Assembly: GCA_964472345.1 (NCBI GenBank)
Contig: CAYYLB010000002.1
Coordinates: forward strand, 1-49,187
From: an uncultured Methanosarcinales archaeon
GTDB lineage: Archaea; Nanobdellota; Nanobdellia; Woesearchaeales; JAGLXL01
Reading direction: 5' to 3'
DNA length: 49,187 nucleotides
How positions within the stretch are numbered: the first letter of the stretch is position 1; every line of letters starts with the position of its first letter. Of this stretch, positions 44,699-49,187 are shown one piece after another. Both the position numbers and the translations under genes were made by a program. The notes beneath the pieces were generated by a model, which was given only the letters and a program-made list of their open reading frames with translations, was not told where the DNA came from and searched no databases.

Positions 44699-47203
44699 TT
44701 AAAGCTTTTTGAAGATAACGACGACGGCAAGCAGCGAGAGTGCGGTGATGAAAAACCAAGGTGCGAGCTCGCGGGCCTTCCACGAGGAAGATTCGTAGAT
44801 CACGCGGCCGGGCTGCGGCGCGCTCCCGCGGAGCGCCTTGAGGCGGTCGCGCAGGAGCTGCTCGCTTTCCGCGCGCAGGTCGATGCGCTGCGCCACCTCG
44901 CGCACCTCCCCGTTCTCATAACGCACAGAAAGCTGGGAGACGTCAACGATGTTGCTTTCCTCATCGAGGAGCTTGGCGAAGAAGATGTTGTTGGCCTCGA
45001 TGAGCGGAACGTGAAAGGTGGCTTCGCTGCTGTTGACGGGCTGCTGCTGCTCGCCGAAGAATGATACCAAGCCGAGCGTGTGGGTGGGAGGAGCCTCCGC
45101 CCTGACGCTGAGCATGGTGCTGTTGCCATCGGTCTCAAGCAGCTCAAAGTTGGTGATTTTTCCTGCTGCAGCAGTGATGGTGATCGGCTCGGTGAGCTCC
45201 TGGGCCGTCTTTTGGCCGTCCTTGCGGAGCCTGAGCTTCAGCTGGTAGTGGCCCGGCTCAAGGTCGCTGTCCAGCATGACGGGAAGCGTGACGTGCTTCT
45301 CTTCCCCTGGGTTGAGGTGAACAGTTTTCTTGTTCTGCTCGCGCTCGCCGGAGTAGCTTTTTGAGCCGCGGAAGGCGTAGGACCATACCTCAACATCGTG
45401 CTCCTTGTCATCACCGGTGAGCCTAAGCTGCACGTCGAAGCGCCGGCCGCTCGTGAGCGTGCGGGGGAGCTCCTGGAGCTCGAAGGAAAACGCGCTGCGC
45501 TGCGCGGAGCGCTGCTCCTGGCCGCAGGCAGCACGATCAAAGCCGGCAATGGTGATGCGCTCCTCGTCCCGCTTGCCGAGCCCCTCGAGTATGAGATGGT
45601 ACGTTCCGTCGGGAAGCGTGCGGCCGCAGTTGCCGAGGAGCTGCACCGGCAGTGTGGCGGTGAGGTTGGTGAAGTCTTCCACAAGGCTTACCTTCGTGAC
45701 GCGGCTCGCTTTTCTCTCGCTGCTGTCCTCGAGCCAGAGCTGCGCAGTTTCCTTGGTGTCGTTGCCCTTGTAGAGCGAGAGCTTGACGCGGAAGGTGTCG
45801 CCCCATTCCGCCTTGCCGTCATTGCCGAGGTCATAGATTTCCCTGATCTCCAAGGAGGGCTCTTCCTGGCGGTAGTGCGGGCTTACGGTGATGGCGGTGC
45901 TGTCGGCGTTGTCCGCAGGGTTGTCATCGGCGCAGCCGAGCTGATCGATCCAGAAGCGGATGATATAGGTGTCCTGCGCGAGGTTGGGAGAGAAGCTCTG
46001 GGTACGTGTGAGGGCAATGGTCTCGTTTGTCCACGGCTGGTACGTCTTGACGACACGGCCGAAGGGATCTTCGATCATGCCCTTCACCGTGGCGGTGGTG
46101 CTGAGGCCGTAGTTCTTGCGCACCGTCACGTCCCATGTGAGCGCGTTTCCTGCGGTGAAGACTGCCGCAGCGGGGATGACATCAATGCGCCAGTCGCAGC
46201 TGGCCTGCGGGGTGTTGGGGGCGCCTGGTGTCGGCGCGGTGAGCGCCCAGATGCCGCTGAGGTTGCTCCAGCTCATGCCGTCGGCGCTGCCGGAGTAGCT
46301 GGTGCTGGTGATGAGCGCCTGCCGCGAGCTGTCAGCAAAGAGGCGCACTTCATCGTAGCCGTCGTTGTTCAAGGCAAAGTCGCTGTCGCCGCTGCGATAG
46401 ACGACAAGGTAGCTGCGCGGGGGGATGACAGTGCCCGTGAGCGTCTTCGTGTCGCTGATAAAGAGCTCGTTGTCATCGTTGCTGTCGTACAGCACCAGGC
46501 CGCGCGCGTCAACCGGGGTGCTGCCGGGGTTGTAGAGCTCAACCCACTCGCCCTGTGGCATTGGAGCATCGTCGCCGCCGATGGGGCTTGGGAGGAATTC
46601 GGTGATGGCAAGGAAGGCGGTGTCGTTGCTCAGGCCGGCGATGCTGTTCACTGCGCCGGGGGTGCCGTGCGCAACAAGGCTCTCGCCCCAGTAGCTGCCG
46701 CTCCATTCGAGGGTCTTATTGTTGTTCGATGCGCCCTGGCTGCTGCTGTAGCTGACTGTTTCCATGACTGTGCCAGAGCTGTTGGTGAGGGTGAGCGCGC
46801 CGCTGCTTCCGAGGCCGCCGCAGAGGCTGCCCGCGTCAACGTGCAGCGCGAACGCCGCAGGGCTGACCGTGAAGAAGTTGTAGACGTCGGTGCCGGAGTT
46901 GCCATCGGTGATGAGCGCGAACGCGTCCGGCGGGAGAAGCAGCGTGGTGTTTGCGAGCAGCTGGCCTGTGGCGTGCGAGACGAAGCCTGGCAGAAGCGTT
47001 TTATTGCAGAGCTGCCAGCCGGTGAGGTTGAGCGTCCCGCTGTGATCGCTGGAAAGCTCGATCCATTCGCAGAAACTGTCGCTGCACTCTCCCGGGTCGT
47101 ACATGATCTCGCTGATGAGGGCGCTCGCGGAAGCGGGAATGAGGGATACCATCATTATGAATGGGAGCGCACGCAGGGTGAACGGATGATCGATGTGCGG
47201 CAT
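44699..47203 (-). CDS. lamin-tail-domain surface protein with C-terminal membrane anchor
   Basis: Two LTD motifs (ISEIMYDP..EWIEL..GTPG; ITEFLPSP..EWVELYN..PTPG), Ig-like domains, C-terminal TM; start uncertain. Confidence 0.85.
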   Translation of the reverse strand: MPHIDHPFTLRALPFIMMVSLIPASASALISEIMYDPGECSDSFCEWIELSSDHSGTLNLTGWQLCNKTLLPGFVSHATGQLLANTTLLLPPDAFALITDGNSGTDVYNFFTVSPAAFALHVDAGSLCGGLGSSGALTLTNSSGTVMETVSYSSSQGASNNNKTLEWSGSYWGESLVAHGTPGAVNSIAGLSNDTAFLAITEFLPSPIGGDDAPMPQGEWVELYNPGSTPVDARGLVLYDSNDDNELFISDTKTLTGTVIPPRSYLVVYRSGDSDFALNNDGYDEVRLFADSSRQALITSTSYSGSADGMSWSNLSGIWALTAPTPGAPNTPQASCDWRIDVIPAAAVFTAGNALTWDVTVRKNYGLSTTATVKGMIEDPFGRVVKTYQPWTNETIALTRTQSFSPNLAQDTYIIRFWIDQLGCADDNPADNADSTAITVSPHYRQEEPSLEIREIYDLGNDGKAEWGDTFRVKLSLYKGNDTKETAQLWLEDSSERKASRVTKVSLVEDFTNLTATLPVQLLGNCGRTLPDGTYHLILEGLGKRDEERITIAGFDRAACGQEQRSAQRSAFSFELQELPRTLTSGRRFDVQLRLTGDDKEHDVEVWSYAFRGSKSYSGEREQNKKTVHLNPGEEKHVTLPVMLDSDLEPGHYQLKLRLRKDGQKTAQELTEPITITAAAGKITNFELLETDGNSTMLSVRAEAPPTHTLGLVSFFGEQQQPVNSSEATFHVPLIEANNIFFAKLLDEESNIVDVSQLSVRYENGEVREVAQRIDLRAESEQLLRDRLKALRGSAPQPGRVIYESSSWKARELAPWFFITALSLLAVVVIFKKL

Positions 47204-47367
47204 CTGGCGGGGAGTGCTGCAGCAGTAGAAATAGTTTTCGTGCTGGCTGGCTTTTTTGAATCGTTCTCCTTTTTATGAAGTTATCCAGCTTTCACTCCTC
47301 TTGAATACTCACAAAAGTTTTAATAATGCTCCTCATTTAAAAAGCAGAACCTATCGTCAGGGGGACT

Positions 47368-47778
47368 ATGGCACTACGGTTATTCGGGTTCAAGGAGCGG
47401 ATGCGCGGGCTGGACATGCCGATTCCGCCGCCGCCTGAGGAGCTGCCGGAATTCCCCGCACTGCCGGCAATGGATGAAGAACCGGAGGAGGAGCGCTCGC
47501 TTGTCGAGAAGTTCCGCTCCAAGGCTGTCGCGAAGGAAAAGCAGGAGCTTGAAAAACAGGCATCGGAGCCGGTTTTTCTCAAGGTTAAGGCATTCAAGGC
47601 AGTCGTTGCTGAAGTGGGCCAGATCCGTGAGCATGCCGGGCGGGGGGAGAGCATGCTGAGCAAGCTCGAATCGCTGCAGCAGGAAGAGGAGCGGGCGCTC
47701 CGCCAGTGGCGCGAGGCTGCGCGCGAGCTGCATGAAAAGCTGATTTTTGTCGATGAGATGCTGTTCAAACGAGGGTGA
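47368..47778 (+). CDS. small coiled-coil protein (cluster member 1)
   Basis: PVFLKVKAFKAVV..EEERAL..W..KLIFVDEMLF; paralogous to next gene. Confidence 0.75.
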   Translation: MALRLFGFKERMRGLDMPIPPPPEELPEFPALPAMDEEPEEERSLVEKFRSKAVAKEKQELEKQASEPVFLKVKAFKAVVAEVGQIREHAGRGESMLSKLESLQQEEERALRQWREAARELHEKLIFVDEMLFKRG

Positions 47779-48011
47779 TGCGCATGCCTGAAACACCATT
47801 GTTCGTGAAAATCGAAGAGTACAAAGACGTGCTCGATGTGGTGAACATGATCAAGTCGAAAATCGCGGATGCGAAGCGGACGCTCGGCAAGATCAACGAG
47901 CTGAAAAACGAGGAAGACACGGAGCTCGAGTCGTGGCGGAACACGCTCGAGGAGATGGAGCGCAAGGTCGAGTTTGTCGACAAGGCGCTGTTTGAGCCTG
48001 AGGCGGTGTAA
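47775..48011 (+). CDS. small coiled-coil protein (cluster member 2)
   Basis: PLFVKIEEYKDVL..EEDTELESW..KVEFVDKALF. Confidence 0.8.
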   Translation: MMRMPETPLFVKIEEYKDVLDVVNMIKSKIADAKRTLGKINELKNEEDTELESWRNTLEEMERKVEFVDKALFEPEAV

Positions 48012-48469
48012 TGGCGCGAAAGAAATCCCGTGCGAAAGCTGCCGCAAAGGCAACGGAGGCAGAGGAAGTCTTTTATGTCGGCGTGCAGGATCCGACCGAG
48101 GTGCGGCGCAATGTCCTGGAAAGCTACCGGGATGCAGTCCATTTTCTCCAGCAGCATGGGAAGCTGAAGGCCCTCCGCGCGCAGAAGGCGCAGGCACTGG
48201 AAGAGCTGCGGGCGGACGTGCGGGAGCTGAAGAAGCTAGTTCTGAAGATGAAGCGAGTGATGCCGAAGACGAAGCTGCGGGTGAAGCTCAACGAAGAGCA
48301 TCAGGAAGCGAAAGCGCCTGCGGAGAAGAAGGCTGAGGAGAAGCCGAAGAAGAAGGAGAAGAAGAAGCGGCACGAGAAACAGCCGAGGCCCGCGAAGGAC
48401 GGGAGCGAGCTCGAGCAGCTGGAGAGCGAGCTGAGCGAGATCGAGCACAAGCTTGAGAAAATCGCGTGA
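48011..48469 (+). CDS. Lys/Glu-rich coiled-coil protein (cluster member 3)
   Basis: FYVGVQDPTEVRRNVLES, C-terminal ELEQLESELSEIEHKL; start overlaps previous stop. Confidence 0.78.
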   Translation: MARKKSRAKAAAKATEAEEVFYVGVQDPTEVRRNVLESYRDAVHFLQQHGKLKALRAQKAQALEELRADVRELKKLVLKMKRVMPKTKLRVKLNEEHQEAKAPAEKKAEEKPKKKEKKKRHEKQPRPAKDGSELEQLESELSEIEHKLEKIA

Positions 48470-48503
48470 GTTTTATATAGTCCTGTTTTCTGAAGAAGCG
48501 CAT

Positions 48504-48641
48504 GTGGGCGTGCCGGAGCGGCCAAACGGGGCAGACTCAAGCTCTTGAGTGCTGAGGTTGCCAACGGCGAACGATGAGGAACACTCTGATGAGCCATCTG
48601 CTGGCTTAGTGCCTCCGCAGGTTCGAATCCTGCCGCCCACA
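48504..48641 (+). tRNA. tRNA-Leu(CAA) with 54-nt canonical intron (48542-48595)
   Basis: Acceptor GTGGGCG/CGCCCAC; anticodon arm GCAGA-CTCAAG^A-TCTGC; long variable arm; GCAGG-TTCGAAT-CCTGC; BHB central helix CTCA/TGAG. Confidence 0.93.
48542..48595 (+). ncRNA. candidate intron-encoded box C/D guide RNA targeting C34 of host tRNA-Leu
   Basis: TCTTGAGT antisense to ACTCAAGA; CTGA at 48552; ATGAGGA at 48574; CTGATGA at 48586. Confidence 0.5.
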
Positions 48642-48717
48642 TTCTATTGCTCCTCTTTTCTGGCGGCTTCGGGCTCCGACGGCAATCATCAACCATGGCG
48701 GCAGGAACATTTAAATA

Positions 48718-48731
48718 TATGTTTAAACATA
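48718..48731. promoter_or_regulatory. palindromic operator next to TATA of the vapBC module
   Basis: Perfect palindrome TATGTTTAAACATA immediately after TTTAAATA. Confidence 0.6.
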
Positions 48732-48739
48732 CTTGCATC

Positions 48740-49003
48740 GTGGCCGTCAAAACCATCACCATCACGGAAGAAGCGTACAACACCATCCGCGGACTGAAGG
48801 AAGAACACGAGAGCTTCAGCAACCTCTTCGTACGCCTCGGAAAGCGTTCCCTCACATGCAAGGATATTATTGGCATCCTCAAGCAGACGCCGGAAGAAGC
48901 GAGAGAGCTGGCGCACCGTGTCCACGTGGTTCATGAGCGCCTTGGCCAGGGTCTTGGACGGAGGGCTGCAGATGTTCGTGCTCGACTCCAGCGCACTCAT
49001 TGA
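48740..49003 (+). CDS. VapB-type antitoxin (DUF217-like)
   Basis: KTITITEEAYNTIRGLK..ESFSNLFVRL; overlaps PIN toxin gene; GTG start. Confidence 0.85.
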   Translation: MAVKTITITEEAYNTIRGLKEEHESFSNLFVRLGKRSLTCKDIIGILKQTPEEARELAHRVHVVHERLGQGLGRRAADVRARLQRTH

Positions 49004-49187
49004 GCTGATCAACGGCGGGCCAAGGGCTGCGCGGGTGCAGGCGCTCATGGGCGATGCTCCGCTGGCCACCACAAGCATTTCCATGCACGAGGTCCTGATC
49101 GGCGCACGCTCCGAGAAAGAGCGATTCGTATTCGAAGGGATGTTCTCGTCGATGAGTGTCCTTGCGCATGACGCACGTGCGGCGCTC
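48972..49187 (+). CDS. VapC PIN-domain toxin, truncated by window end
   Basis: Own translation MFVLDSSALIELING...TTSISMHEVLIG shows the PIN acidic motifs. Confidence 0.85.
   Translation, partial: MFVLDSSALIELINGGPRAARVQALMGDAPLATTSISMHEVLIGARSEKERFVFEGMFSSMSVLAHDARAAL

Noticed and set aside
253..49187. Alternative genetic code or programmed frameshifts
   Set aside because: All conserved genes translate full-length in the standard code, with TAA, TAG and TGA all used as stops.

Overview
High-GC archaeal chromosome segment, most consistent with a DPANN/Woesearchaeota-like lineage. This is inferred from archaeal-type ribosomal proteins, RFC, pelota, EndA, TATA-box promoters and the DPANN-style lipoprotein and coiled-coil clusters. 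The core is the large ribosomal operon (rpl3 to secY, EMC3/DUF106, rpl34e, rpl14e; minus strand, ~17.5-33 kb), which lacks adk and cmk. Other genes: endA, a PRC-barrel protein, rfcS, pelota, an ADP-forming acyl-CoA ligase beta subunit, TrmB, pheS/pheT, ppsA, two RNA methyltransferase-like genes, bacterial-type gyrA, scpB, a lamin-tail-domain surface protein, two toxin-antitoxin modules and two intron-containing tRNAs. Most notable: (1) the 54-nt intron of tRNA-Leu(CAA) carries box C/D motifs and an antisense element that puts its own wobble C34 at the D+5 methylation position; (2) tRNA-Ala(CGC) has a strict-BHB intron in the T loop (59/60); (3) a XRE-HTH/sigma-70 region 4 fusion protein sits divergently from the ribosomal operon, which has a long structured leader; (4) a mosaic family of intergenic, inverted-repeat-bounded MITE/structured-RNA-like elements; (5) a tandem cluster of four paralogous surface proteins preceded by a class III signal-peptide protein.
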